Assembly (NCBI GenBank): GCA_965248445.1
Contig: CBDFJG010000003.1
Location: 64,001-128,000 of the forward strand
Direction: 5' to 3'
Length of the DNA stretch: 64,000 nucleotides
Source: Planctomycetota bacterium
Lineage (GTDB): Bacteria > Planctomycetota > JAJSAM01 > JAJVHW01
Below, in pieces: positions 1 through 12,707 of this stretch. The notes below the pieces were generated by a model. That model saw only the letters and a list, made by a program, of their open reading frames with translations. It had not been told where the DNA came from and searched no databases. Both the position numbers and the translations under genes were made by a program. The stretch's first letter is position 1; every line of letters begins with the position of its first letter.

Positions 1-11
1 TGCGATCGCGG

Positions 12-914
12 GTGGCCGTCCACGACACGGCGCTGGGTCGCGCGCTCACTGCGCTGGAGGACAACGCGCCGGAGGACAGCGGACCCCCGACGGACTGGCC
101 GGAGGGCGTCCGCGGCGTTCTCGTGCGCTCCCAGGTGTTGCGCGACGAACCGCCGCGCATCAGCCGTGTCGAGGGCCGCATCCGGTACGTGGCCAGCCGC
201 TACGAGCGGTACTTCGTCGATCTCGCGGGCACGTACGACGAGTACCTCGCCCAGTTCTCCGCGAAGTCGCGGTCCACGTTGCGCCGGAAGGGGCGAAAGC
301 TCGAGAAGGCGAGCGGGGGGGCGCTCGACTGGCGCTCGTACCGGACCCCCGAGGAGATCAGCGAGTTCCACCGGATCGCGCGGGACGTGTCGCGCAAGAC
401 GTACCAAGAGCGGCTCCTCGATGCGGGCCTTCCGGCGTCGACCGAGTTCCGCGACAGGATGCTGGCGGACGCCGCCGACGGGCGCGCCCGCGGCTGGCTC
501 CTGTTCATCGCCGACGAACCGGTCGCGTACCTCTACTGCCCGCTGCGCGCCGACGTGCTGGTGTATGCGCACCTGGGATACGACCCCGCGTTCGCGAAGC
601 TCTCGCCCGGAACGGTGCTGCAACTCAAGGTCCTCGAGGCTGCCTTCGACGACGAACAGTGCGGTTACTTCGACTTCACCCAGGGTGGGGGCGAGCACAA
701 GCGGTACTTCTCGACCGGCAGCGTGCGTTGCGCCGACGTCTTCTACTTCGAGCCGTCGCTGCGCAACCGGCTACTGGTTCGCTCGCATTCGGCCGTGGAC
801 GCGCTCTCCTCCCTGCTCGGACGCATCCTCGATCGCCTCGGCCTGAAGCCGCGGATCAAGCGGCTCCTTCGTCGCGGCGGCTCCCAGACCGCGCCGGCGG
901 AGGCCGCAGGATGA
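12..914 (+). CDS. GNAT family acetyltransferase (Acetyltransf_6 / CelD-BcsL-like); may begin upstream of the window
   Basis: Motifs YDEYLAQFSAKSRSTLRRK, GYDPAFAKLSPGTVL and FDFTQGGGEHKRYF are typical of this family. Confidence 0.8.
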   Translation: MAVHDTALGRALTALEDNAPEDSGPPTDWPEGVRGVLVRSQVLRDEPPRISRVEGRIRYVASRYERYFVDLAGTYDEYLAQFSAKSRSTLRRKGRKLEKASGGALDWRSYRTPEEISEFHRIARDVSRKTYQERLLDAGLPASTEFRDRMLADAADGRARGWLLFIADEPVAYLYCPLRADVLVYAHLGYDPAFAKLSPGTVLQLKVLEAAFDDEQCGYFDFTQGGGEHKRYFSTGSVRCADVFYFEPSLRNRLLVRSHSAVDALSSLLGRILDRLGLKPRIKRLLRRGGSQTAPAEAAG

Positions 915-1987
915 GCCCGGGTCACGTCTGGTCGGCAGCACCCCCGGCGGGATGGAACGCGGGCCTGAACGAGTCCACGGGCACCAAGGCGTTCCTGCGT
1001 CCGGCCTGGTTCGCCGGGTGGTCCGCCGCGTTCGGTGGGGAGGGCAACTGGACGGGTTCGACGCAGTACCTGTCCGTTCTGTCCGGCGACCGCCTGGTGG
1101 GCGCACTGGCAGTTGCGTCGCAGACGGTGGGCAGGCTTCGCTTCGCCTCTCTCGGCGGCTACTACCAGCCGTTTCGCGGGATCGTCGCGTTCGACGACGT
1201 ACCGGGCACAACGGCACAGATGGTGGAGGGACTCGGCGAGCTCACCGGATTCCACGGCGTGCGCATGGGTCCCGTGCCGCAGGACGACGGGGATCTCGTT
1301 GCACTTGTTGCGTCCCTCCGAACTGCAGGATGGAGGGTGATCGAGCGGCGAGTCGCAACGGGTTTCGTGCTCGACGTTCCGGCGACGGTGGAAGAGTTCG
1401 ATGGCGGACTGTCCAAGAAGCGGAGGGCCAAACTTCGCAACTACTGGAACAAGATGTGCAAGGTCGCCGAGACCGAACTCGTTCACCACACGGGTGGGAA
1501 CGCGGATGACTGGGTGCGGGTGTTCGACGATCTCGGAACCGTCGAGATGGCATCGTGGGTGGCCGAGTCAGGCGACCCCCGGTTCGCCGGTGACCGCAAC
1601 AAGATCTTTTGGACGCATCTCGCCCACGACGCGTGGATGCGCGAGGCGATGCACGCGTGGGTCGTCTACCACGGCGGGACTCCGGTCAGCTTCTGCTTCG
1701 CGCTCGACGCGGGCGACACGAGATTTGTCATGGCCAACAGCTACGACGCCCGGGTCGCGGAGTTCCGCACCGGTACGAAGCTCTACCACGAGGTGATCCG
1801 CGACGCGGTCGCAAGGGGGCGTGCACGCGTGGACATCGGGATGGGGGACTCCGGCTACAAGGCGCAGTGGGGCGCTGAGGCCGGCAGCGAACTGATCGAT
1901 ATCGTCGCGTTCCCACCGACTCTGAAGGGGCGTCTCGTCCACCTCGCCGCGCGTGCGAGACTGGCGATCGACGCCCGCCGCAATTGA
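911..1987 (+). CDS. GNAT family acetyltransferase (Acetyltransf_6-like)
   Basis: ATG at 911 overlaps the previous stop (ATGA); motifs LSKKRRAKLR, SYDARVAEFRTG and DIGMGDSGYKAQWG. Confidence 0.8.
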   Translation: MSPGHVWSAAPPAGWNAGLNESTGTKAFLRPAWFAGWSAAFGGEGNWTGSTQYLSVLSGDRLVGALAVASQTVGRLRFASLGGYYQPFRGIVAFDDVPGTTAQMVEGLGELTGFHGVRMGPVPQDDGDLVALVASLRTAGWRVIERRVATGFVLDVPATVEEFDGGLSKKRRAKLRNYWNKMCKVAETELVHHTGGNADDWVRVFDDLGTVEMASWVAESGDPRFAGDRNKIFWTHLAHDAWMREAMHAWVVYHGGTPVSFCFALDAGDTRFVMANSYDARVAEFRTGTKLYHEVIRDAVARGRARVDIGMGDSGYKAQWGAEAGSELIDIVAFPPTLKGRLVHLAARARLAIDARRN

Positions 1988-2049
1988 GCCGCCTCGAACC
2001 GGTCCGACCGGCTCGCCACGCGGCAGCTCGCCGGACTCATAGGAACTAC

Positions 2050-4071
2050 GTGCCCACGTCATCCCGAATCAGCCGGATCGCCGTCACTGTGTCGCTCGCC
2101 GTCGCCGTGTCCCTGACCGCGTGCTCCGAGCCCGCCGGGGCGCAGGGCAGTTTGTTTCCTGCCGTACAGCTTCCGAGCACGCCGTTGGCGCTGGAACCCG
2201 TCTCGGCCTGGCGGCGCCCGCGCCACGAGGTCATCGTCTGGACCTACACCGACGATGCGCGGCGGCCACGGCTCCCGCGCGTCATCGAGGAACTCGGCGC
2301 GCGCGGCCTGTCGATCGGCCTCGAAACCGATCCGGCGCCGTTCGCGAAGGCCGGGCTCTCATGGTATGCCGGCCACGCTGCGGGGAAGGGCTCCTTGGAT
2401 CTGAGAGAGCGGGACCTGCGCGGACCGTGGGAGCGATTCGCGGCGGACGTGGCAACGCCCTGGCCGGCCGAGGCGGCACGCGCGCGTCCCCACTGCCTGC
2501 GCAGCGAGGATGTTCGCGCGGGGATGATGCGAAGAACGCTCGAGAGCGCGAAGCGCGCGCGGGCCTCGGGCGCGGTGGCGATCTCGCTCGCGGACGAGCC
2601 CTCCATGTCGGTGCGTGCCAACCCGACCGACTGGTGCCTGTGTGACGACTGCGTGGTCGCCTTCCGCCGTGCGACGCGCGACCGACTCGACGGGGACCTG
2701 CAAGCGCTGAACGCACAGTGGGGCATGTCGTACTCGCGGTGGGACGACGTCCGGCCGTGGACGACGACTCAGATGCGCCGACGTTGTCTGCCTCGCGATC
2801 CGGAAGATTGGAATCTCGCTCCGTGGATGGCAACGCGCAGGTTCCAGGACGCGACGTTCGAAGAGACGCTGCGGGTTCTGACGGACGCCGCGCGCACGGC
2901 GGCGCCGGACGTTCCAGTGGGCGTGACGGGGACGCAGGCGCCGGGCGCGTTCGGCGGTTTCGACTACCGGAGGCTCACCGGCGTCTGCGACTTCCTGGAG
3001 CCGTACGACATCGGGCTCGCGCTGCCCGTCGCGCGCGATCTCGGCGGCGCCCGGACGCTGCTCGCACAGACCGTGTTCCCCGCCGACGAGAGCCGCGGAC
3101 TCGAAAAGCTCCGCCTGTGGCGCGGTGTCGCGCGCGGCGCGCGCATGTCGATCGTCTGGTCAAGCCAGGACGCGTTCGATTACCCCGACGGCGCGAGCCC
3201 GCGACTGTCCGCCTACGGCAAGCGCATCGCGCCGGAACTCCGGCTCCTCTCCGCGGATGGAGGGCTCGGCGCGCGTCTCGCGGCCGCGCGTCCGCTCGAC
3301 GGCGCCGTGCGCATCGTGGTCTCGCAGCCGTCGCTCGCGGTGCGGTGGATGCTCGACAGCCGCGTCGACAAGGACACGTGGCCGCGGCGCTTCGGGAGCT
3401 ATGAGGCGTCGAACAGCAGTGCCATCGCTTCTCGCGACGCGGCGTGGCGCGCCCTGGCTCAACGGGCGCCGCGCTTCGTCGATGCCCGCGACCTTTCGGA
3501 GCCCGGCGCGCTCGACGGCGTGCGGCTCGTGGTCCTGCCTGACGTGCTCTGTCTCTCCCCTGACGAAGTCCGCGCTCTTCGCACGTTCGCCGAGCAAGGC
3601 GGCAGCGTGGTTGCAGACATCTCCCCGGGCGGGTTCGACACGGAGGGACGCGCAAGCAAGCGCGCAACGGGCGAGTCGGTGGACGCAGTGCTCGACCCGC
3701 GCTTCGAGAGTCTCGCTGACCTGACGGAGAAGCTCCTCGGACCGCCTCTCCTGCGGGCGGAACCGGCCGGCGGGGGAGTCCCGCTCGAACTGGCGCTGTT
3801 CGAGAACGGTACCGAGCGCCTGGTGGTGGTCGTCCCGCTGCACGACGTCGAGATCGTCCCCGATGCATCGGCCGACGCGACTCTTCCGGCGGCCGGGGAA
3901 CTCGCACGGTTCTCGTTCGGTGACGGCAAGAGCCGGACGGTGCGTAACGAACGCCGGGGCGCCGTGGTCTGCTTCGCGGCCGGCTTCGAGTTCACCGTTC
4001 CGCCCGAGGGCGGCGTCGTCTTCAGCTGGAGAGAGAGCGACGCGAGCGACGCCCCGCCCGAAGAGCGCTGA
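2050..4071 (+). CDS. GH42/beta-galactosidase-like putative lipoprotein with trimerization-like domain
   Basis: GTG 2050 after AGGA; lipobox SLTAC; LADEP, CLCDDC and LQALNAQWGMSYSRWDDV motifs; LRTFAEQGGSVVAD segment. Start uncertain (1984 possible). Confidence 0.6.
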   Translation: MPTSSRISRIAVTVSLAVAVSLTACSEPAGAQGSLFPAVQLPSTPLALEPVSAWRRPRHEVIVWTYTDDARRPRLPRVIEELGARGLSIGLETDPAPFAKAGLSWYAGHAAGKGSLDLRERDLRGPWERFAADVATPWPAEAARARPHCLRSEDVRAGMMRRTLESAKRARASGAVAISLADEPSMSVRANPTDWCLCDDCVVAFRRATRDRLDGDLQALNAQWGMSYSRWDDVRPWTTTQMRRRCLPRDPEDWNLAPWMATRRFQDATFEETLRVLTDAARTAAPDVPVGVTGTQAPGAFGGFDYRRLTGVCDFLEPYDIGLALPVARDLGGARTLLAQTVFPADESRGLEKLRLWRGVARGARMSIVWSSQDAFDYPDGASPRLSAYGKRIAPELRLLSADGGLGARLAAARPLDGAVRIVVSQPSLAVRWMLDSRVDKDTWPRRFGSYEASNSSAIASRDAAWRALAQRAPRFVDARDLSEPGALDGVRLVVLPDVLCLSPDEVRALRTFAEQGGSVVADISPGGFDTEGRASKRATGESVDAVLDPRFESLADLTEKLLGPPLLRAEPAGGGVPLELALFENGTERLVVVVPLHDVEIVPDASADATLPAAGELARFSFGDGKSRTVRNERRGAVVCFAAGFEFTVPPEGGVVFSWRESDASDAPPEER

Positions 4072-4145
4072 CCGGGGCACGAGGCTCACGGGAACATGCG
4101 GCGGCTGTCGCCGGTTACGGCAGACTGAGGACGACGACCGTGACG

Positions 4146-4328
4146 ATGAAGACCACCCTGACGCTCCTGGCAGCCGCCGCAGGCGGTGCGGCCTTCGGCT
4201 GGTACCAGTCCGCCTGCGGGACCTGAGGGATCGCCGCTGCCCTGGAGGGGTGGCAGGCGTCGGCGCTCTACGCGACTGTGTTCGCCGGCGTTGCCGGGAT
4301 CGCCTTCCGCGGGCCTTCTGCCGGCTGA
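4146..4328 (+). CDS. Candidate small membrane selenoprotein, CGTU motif, in-frame TGA at 4224-4226 (DUF6132-like)
   Basis: Reads MKTTLTLLAAAAGGAAFGWYQSACGT-U-GIAAALEGWQASALYATVFAGVAGIAFRGPSAG; GAGG at 4127-4130 (GTG 4140 is an alternative start); 28 of 33 codons after the TGA end in G/C; hairpin just after the TGA. Confidence 0.6.
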
Positions 4329-4348
4329 ATCGGCTGCCGGCTGATTCG

Positions 4349-4527
4349 TCAGTCGCCCACGAGGACCTTGAAGCCAGGTTGGCCCTCGACCACCCGGATG
4401 TGTCGGCCGACAGGGATGTCGGCGAGTTCCTGGACGACTCCCGACGGCCAGTGAATCGTGAGGCGGGTCACCATCGTTGCCTGTCCGAGACCGAAGCGCA
4501 CGACGCTCGCCTGCGTGACGCTGAAGT
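4349..4527 (-). pseudogene. 3' remnant of an ASPIC/UnbV (CRTAC1-like) gene cut by IS66
   Basis: VRFGLGQATMVTRLTIHWPSGVVQELADIPVGRHIRVVE matches the ASPIC/UnbV C-terminal pattern; the 5' part is replaced by the IS end at 4528. Confidence 0.75.
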
Positions 4528-6027
4528 GTAACCGTTCACCCCTTGACAGCGTGTGAGCCTCAGCGTGCGAGGGGCAGCGGGACCATGACGGGCGGGTCGG
4601 CGCCGGTGAGGTGCGCGGCGACCGAGTCGGCGAGGAAGTCGAAGACTTGGTCGCCACGGCGTCGCAGCGTGGCCGCGGCGGTCAACACGCGCTCGGCGAA
4701 GCGGAGTCCGCGAGCGGACTGGCTTCCGAAGGAGCCCTTGCGCCAGAGCACCGCTTTGCGGACCGCGCGCTCGGCGGCGTTGTTCGTCGGACTCACGTCC
4801 TGGGTCCGCGCATAGGTGAAGAGGGCGACCACGCGGGGGCGCAGATGGTTGGCCAGAGCCGAGTCGTCGTTCGCGATCAGTCGCTCGAGCCGTCCGCGCA
4901 GCACAGCGGCTTCGCCTTGCAGCCGGTCACGGTCGCCGTGCTCACCGAAGAGCCGGTAGCTGCGCATGACCGACTGCGCGATCATGACGCCCTTGTTGCC
5001 GAAGCGGCGATGTTCTCGCGGGCCTTCGGCCAGCGCACGGAAGGCGCGCTCGATGTGCGCCCAGCAGAGCTGGCGGCGGGCAAGTGGGTGTGACTCGTAG
5101 GCACCCATCCGGTCGCTGATCACCGTGCCACCGAAGCGCCGCCCGATCAGCCGCCCTTTCGCCTTGGCACTGCGGCGGCGATCGATCCCGAAGGCTGTGG
5201 CGTGCTCGCTCTCCGCCGCCCACAGCCAGCACACCCGGCCCCGTTCCTTCCACGACGTCTCGTCCACGTTGGCTCGCAGCGACGTGCGGACTGCCCCGAG
5301 GGCTTCGAGGTACGACGAGTGCAGAGCGTCACTGAGCCGACGCTCACAGTCGCTGATCTTGCCCAGCGACATCTTCACACCGAAGATCTCACCGAGCAGC
5401 CGCTGCGTCTCCCGCACGCTCACGCGGTACACGCCGCGCAGCGCGCCGGCAAGTGTGGTCAGCCGCGGACCGAAGGCCCCGGTCGGCACGCCATCGGGCA
5501 GGACCGCCGTCGTGACCGCACGACAGCGCCGGCACCGCGCCTTGTGCAGCCGGTGCTCCCGCACCGTGACGAGCACGCGCGGGAGCACCGTCACCTGGTG
5601 CCGGTACGGATCGCCGATGCCCTGCTCGAGATCGTCGTGTCCGCACGCGTCGCAGCGGTCGGGACGGTGCTCCTTGGTCTCATCGACGTTGGACGGATCC
5701 ACCAGCTCGCGCGCCGTGCCCTCATGGCCCGGCTGTCCGCCCTGCTTGCGACCGCTACGCGGCCTTCGGCCGCGACGGCGCTTGGACCACGCCGGGTCCG
5801 ACGACGGAGGCCTCGAGCTGTTGCGGGAGTCACGCTTCAGACGCGACTCGAGCTCGTCGATGCGGCGCAGATGCTTCGCTTCGCGACGCTCCAGCTCCTC
5901 GATCCAGGCCAGAAGGCCCTCGACCATCGCCCGCAGATCCTCGTCCTGCCGCTCGCCCACAACATCTTGATCGACCGATGGCCGAACGATCTGGATCCTG
6001 GCTCGCGACGAAGGGGTGAACGGTTAC
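4528..6027 (-). mobile_element. IS66 family (single-ORF ISBst12-type) element A, copy 1
   Basis: 1500 bp; terminal inverted repeats GTAACCGTTCACCCCTT; no matching 8-bp flanks. Confidence 0.95.
4560..5960 (-). CDS. IS66 transposase (TnpC)
   Basis: [17 protein letters not shown], zinc finger, DET, SDR, QLCWAH and TNNAAER motifs. Confidence 0.95.
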   Translation of the reverse strand: MGERQDEDLRAMVEGLLAWIEELERREAKHLRRIDELESRLKRDSRNSSRPPSSDPAWSKRRRGRRPRSGRKQGGQPGHEGTARELVDPSNVDETKEHRPDRCDACGHDDLEQGIGDPYRHQVTVLPRVLVTVREHRLHKARCRRCRAVTTAVLPDGVPTGAFGPRLTTLAGALRGVYRVSVRETQRLLGEIFGVKMSLGKISDCERRLSDALHSSYLEALGAVRTSLRANVDETSWKERGRVCWLWAAESEHATAFGIDRRRSAKAKGRLIGRRFGGTVISDRMGAYESHPLARRQLCWAHIERAFRALAEGPREHRRFGNKGVMIAQSVMRSYRLFGEHGDRDRLQGEAAVLRGRLERLIANDDSALANHLRPRVVALFTYARTQDVSPTNNAAERAVRKAVLWRKGSFGSQSARGLRFAERVLTAAATLRRRGDQVFDFLADSVAAHLTGADPPVMVPLPLAR

Positions 6028-6936
6028 CCGTGCTCGGGGTTGCCACGGCAACGCCGTTCCAGGCGGACACGACGACGTCCCGCTTCGCCAGTGCGTCGAC
6101 CGCTCCCACGTTCACGGTGTTCGTGTCGGGATCGATCGAGGTGACGTAGCGCGGCACCCCGGTCGCGAGCCCCGACGGGCCGGCCGTCAGTCCCCGTCGC
6201 TGACCGATGGTGACCGTGCCGACGCCTCCGTGCTGCCCGATCACCGCTCCCGAGGCGTCATCCACGATGGGACCCGGGACCATCGACTCGGGTCTCCGGG
6301 CGCCCACGCGCCCACGACGGCGCGGTAGTCCCCGTCCGGCACGAAGCAGATCTCCATGCTCTCCGGCTTCTCGGCCACGGGCAGGCCGAACTGCTCCGCG
6401 TGGGCCCGTACTTCGGGCTTCGTCAGGTCCCCGAGAGGAAACAGGCTCCGCGCGATCTGGGCCTGGGACAGGGGAAACAGCACGTACGTCTGGTCCTTCG
6501 TCTCGTCCCGCGCCCGGGCGAGCGCGAACCGCTCTCCGACCCGCTCGCGGCGGGCGTAGTGCCCGGTGGCGACCGCGTCCGCGCCGAGTGCGTCGGCGAA
6601 CTCGAGGAGGCGGCCGAATTTGAGGTCCCGATTGCAGACGATGCACGGGTTCGGGGTCCGTCCGGCGGCGTACTCAGCTGCGAACCCATCGATCAGCCGG
6701 TCGAACTCAGCCTCGTGGTCGAGCGCGTAGAACGGGACGCCGAGAATCTTGGCCACGCGGGAGGCGTCGGCGGCGTCATCGATCCCGCAGCACCCCTGGC
6801 GAGCCCGCTTCGCGGCCGGGCCGGCAGCGATGCCGTTCCGCATGAACACACCCGTCACATCGTGCCCGTCGGCCCGCAGGAGGGCCGCCGCCACGGAGCT
6901 GTCCACCCCCCCGCTCATGGCCACCACGACGTGCAT
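6028..6936 (-). pseudogene. mnmA: tRNA 2-thiouridylase MnmA, frameshifted (8-bp duplication 6301-6316) and 3'-truncated by IS66
   Basis: AMSGGVDSS, TPNPCIVCN, ATGHYAR, KDQTY and ESMEICF in one frame; TIGQRRGL in another frame; ends at the IS. Confidence 0.9.
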
Positions 6937-7094
6937 CCCGGGAGGGTACCGCCGAAGCCCGCGAGGCCGGTGTCAGGGCCGTCCGTCCGGCCGCTGTTTC
7001 TCCACCCTCGATGCGGTGCTCAGGCTGCCGGATTTCCCTTCCGGGGCACCCCGCTCGTTCTAACCTCCGTGGTTTTGCCCCGGAGATCCCCCGG

Positions 7095-7412
7095 ATGACG
7101 CTCCTACTGGCCGAAGAGGCCGCCCAAGACATCCCGTTCTTCATGAACCCGATGTTCCTCGTGGTCGGGTTGGTGTTGATCTGGTGGTTCTTGGTGATCA
7201 GCCCCCAGCGCAAGCAGGAGAAGCTGCGCAAGGGGAAGCTGGGCGCTATCAAGAAGGGCGACAAGGTGCTCACACGGGCCGGAATGATCGGGACCGTGTC
7301 GCGCGTGAAGGACGACGTCGTCATCGTGCGGATCGACACCGACGGGAAGGTGCATGTGCCCTTCCAGAAGGCGGCGATCGAGGACGTTCTGAGCGGCACG
7401 GACACCGAGTGA
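7095..7412 (+). CDS. yajC: Preprotein translocase subunit YajC
   Basis: One TM segment then PQRKQEK and KKGDKVLTRAGMIGTV; lies upstream of secD. Confidence 0.92.
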   Translation: MTLLLAEEAAQDIPFFMNPMFLVVGLVLIWWFLVISPQRKQEKLRKGKLGAIKKGDKVLTRAGMIGTVSRVKDDVVIVRIDTDGKVHVPFQKAAIEDVLSGTDTE

Positions 7413-7424
7413 CGATGAACCGCT

Positions 7425-7487
7425 CCGCTCAAGACTGCTCCGCTGAAGATTGGGCCTCTGTAGATCGGGCCTCTGTAGATCGGGCCT
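7425..7487. repeat. Four degenerate 15-nt tandem units
   Basis: ccgctcaagactgct / ccgctgaagattggg / cctctgtagatcggg x2. Confidence 0.8.
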
Positions 7488-7503
7488 GGAGACGACTCGC
7501 ACG

Positions 7504-10596
<3,093 letters not shown>

Positions 10597-10676
10597 CCAC
10601 GGAGCGCGCAAGCCTGGTGTGAACGATGCGGGCTAGCCAGCCGGGCTCGGTGCCGTCTGCTACTCTGACCGAGCCG

Positions 10677-11156
10677 ATGAGCGAAGCACCGCAAGGCGAC
10701 AGGGGGACGGCAGACGCAGACCGTCGCTTGAAGGGTCACGGAGGCCGGCGCGTGGAGCGCTGGGCGCTCGTCGGCGTCGCAGCCGTCGTCATGCTGGCCA
10801 TCACCGTCGTGCTCAGCGCGCGGCCAGAGCAAGACGACGCCCTCGCTCCGACGGATGGCTCGACGGGCAAGGTGCGGATAGGTGGCGAGGCCGCGGCGGA
10901 CCCCGGTCCGCGAGTCCCCTCCCCGACCCCGCGGGACGATCCCGCCTGGACCCCCGAAGATGAACCGCCGGTGCAGCCGCCGCCCCAACCGGCCGCCACC
11001 CGCGAGTACGTCGTCCAGAAGGACGACACGCTCGGAGCGATCGCGCAGCGCGAACTGGGGAGCGTGAAGCGGGTCCACGAGATCGTACGGCTCAACGACC
11101 TCAGCAATCCGAACGCGATCCGCGCGGGTCAAGCGATCCTGCTACCCGCTCGCTGA
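10677..11156 (+). CDS. Membrane-anchored LysM domain protein
   Basis: TM segment, Pro-rich linker, C-terminal YVVQKDDTLGAIA...NPNAIRAGQAILLP; start uncertain. Confidence 0.85.
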   Translation: MSEAPQGDRGTADADRRLKGHGGRRVERWALVGVAAVVMLAITVVLSARPEQDDALAPTDGSTGKVRIGGEAAADPGPRVPSPTPRDDPAWTPEDEPPVQPPPQPAATREYVVQKDDTLGAIAQRELGSVKRVHEIVRLNDLSNPNAIRAGQAILLPAR

Positions 11157-11169
11157 GTCCGCCGCGACG

Positions 11170-12669
11170 GTAACCGTTCACCCCTTGACAGCGTGTGAGC
11201 CTCAGCGTGCGACGGGCAGCGGGACCATGACGGGCGGGTCGGCGCCGGTGAGGTGCGCGGCGACCGAGTCGGCGAGGAAGTCGAAGACTTGGTCGCCACG
11301 GCGTCGCAGCGTGGCCGCGGCGGTCAACACGCGCTCGGCGAAGCGGAGTCCGCGAGCGGACTGGCTTCCGAAGGAGCCCTTGCGCCAGAGCACCGCTTTG
11401 CGGACCGCGCGCTCGGCGGCGTTGTTCGTCGGACTCACGTCCTGGGTCCGCGCATAGGTGAAGAGGGCGACCACGCGGGGGCGCAGATGGTTGGCCAGAG
11501 CCGAGTCGTCGTTCGCGATCAGTCGCTCGAGCCGTCCGCGCAGCACAGCGGCTTCGCCTTGCAGCCGGTCACGGTCGCCGTGCTCACCGAAGAGCCGGTA
11601 GCTGCGCATGACCGACTGCGCGATCATGACGCCCTTGTTGCCGAAGCGGCGATGTCCTCGCGGGCCTTCGGCCAGCGCACGGAAGGCGCGCTCGATGTGC
11701 GCCCAGCAGAGCTGGCGGCGGGCAAGTGGGTGTGACTCGTAGGCACCCATCCGGTCGCTGATCACCGTGCCACCGAAGCGCCGCCCGATCAGCCGCCCTT
11801 TCGCCTTGGCACTGCGGCGGCGATCGATCCCGAAGGCTGTGGCGTGCTCGCTCTCCGCCGCCCACAGCCAGCACACCCGGCCCCGCTCCTTCCACGACGT
11901 CTCGTCCACGTTGGCTCGCAGCGACGTGCGGACTGCCCCGAGGGCTTCGAGGTACGACGAGTGCAGAGCGTCACTGAGCCGACGCTCACAGTCGCTGATC
12001 TTGCCCAGCGACATCTTCACACCGAAGATCTCACCGAGCAGCCGCTGCGTCTCCCGCACGCTCACGCGGTACACGCCGCGCAGCGCGCCGGCAAGTGTGG
12101 TCAGCCGCGGACCGAAGGCCCCGGTCGGCACGCCATCGGGCAGGACCGCCGTCGTGACCGCACGACAGCGCCGGCACCGCGCCTTGTGCAGCCGGTGCTC
12201 CCGCACCGTGACGAGCACGCGCGGGAGCACCGTCACCTGGTGCCGGTACGGATCGCCGATGCCCTGCTCGAGATCGTCGTGTCCGCACGCGTCGCAGAGG
12301 TCGGGACGGTGCTCCTTGGTCTCATCGACGTTGGACGGATCCACCAGCTCGCGCGCCGTGCCCTCATGGCCCGGCTGTCCGCCCTGCTGGCGACCGCTAC
12401 GCGGCCTTCGGCCGCGACGGCGCTTGGACCACGCCGGGTCCGACGACGGAGGCCTCGAGCTGTTGCGGGAGTCACGCTTCAGACGCGACTCGAGCTCGTC
12501 GATGCGGCGCAGATGCTTCGCTTCGCGACGCTCCAGCTCCTCGATCCAGGCCAGAAGGCCCTCGACCATCGCCCGCAGATCCTCGTCCTGCCGCTCGCCC
12601 ACAACCTCTTGATCGACCGATGGCCGAACGATCTGGATCCTGGCTCGCGACGAAGGGGTGAACGGTTAC
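11170..12669 (-). mobile_element. IS66 element A, copy 2
   Basis: 1500 bp, same TIRs, a few SNPs relative to copy 1; no matching flanks. Confidence 0.95.
11202..12602 (-). CDS. IS66 transposase (TnpC)
   Basis: Near-identical to 4560..5960. Confidence 0.95.
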   Translation of the reverse strand: MGERQDEDLRAMVEGLLAWIEELERREAKHLRRIDELESRLKRDSRNSSRPPSSDPAWSKRRRGRRPRSGRQQGGQPGHEGTARELVDPSNVDETKEHRPDLCDACGHDDLEQGIGDPYRHQVTVLPRVLVTVREHRLHKARCRRCRAVTTAVLPDGVPTGAFGPRLTTLAGALRGVYRVSVRETQRLLGEIFGVKMSLGKISDCERRLSDALHSSYLEALGAVRTSLRANVDETSWKERGRVCWLWAAESEHATAFGIDRRRSAKAKGRLIGRRFGGTVISDRMGAYESHPLARRQLCWAHIERAFRALAEGPRGHRRFGNKGVMIAQSVMRSYRLFGEHGDRDRLQGEAAVLRGRLERLIANDDSALANHLRPRVVALFTYARTQDVSPTNNAAERAVRKAVLWRKGSFGSQSARGLRFAERVLTAAATLRRRGDQVFDFLADSVAAHLTGADPPVMVPLPVAR

Positions 12670-12707
12670 GTTGGAGCGAGGACCGACAGGCGAGGAGAGG
12701 CGAGAGC

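Noticed and set aside
4520..4527. Copy 1 flank (acttcagc in element orientation) resembles copy 3 flank ttcagccc
   Set aside because: The match is offset by 2 nt, and the copy 3 flank is explained as the IS66-B terminal repeat.
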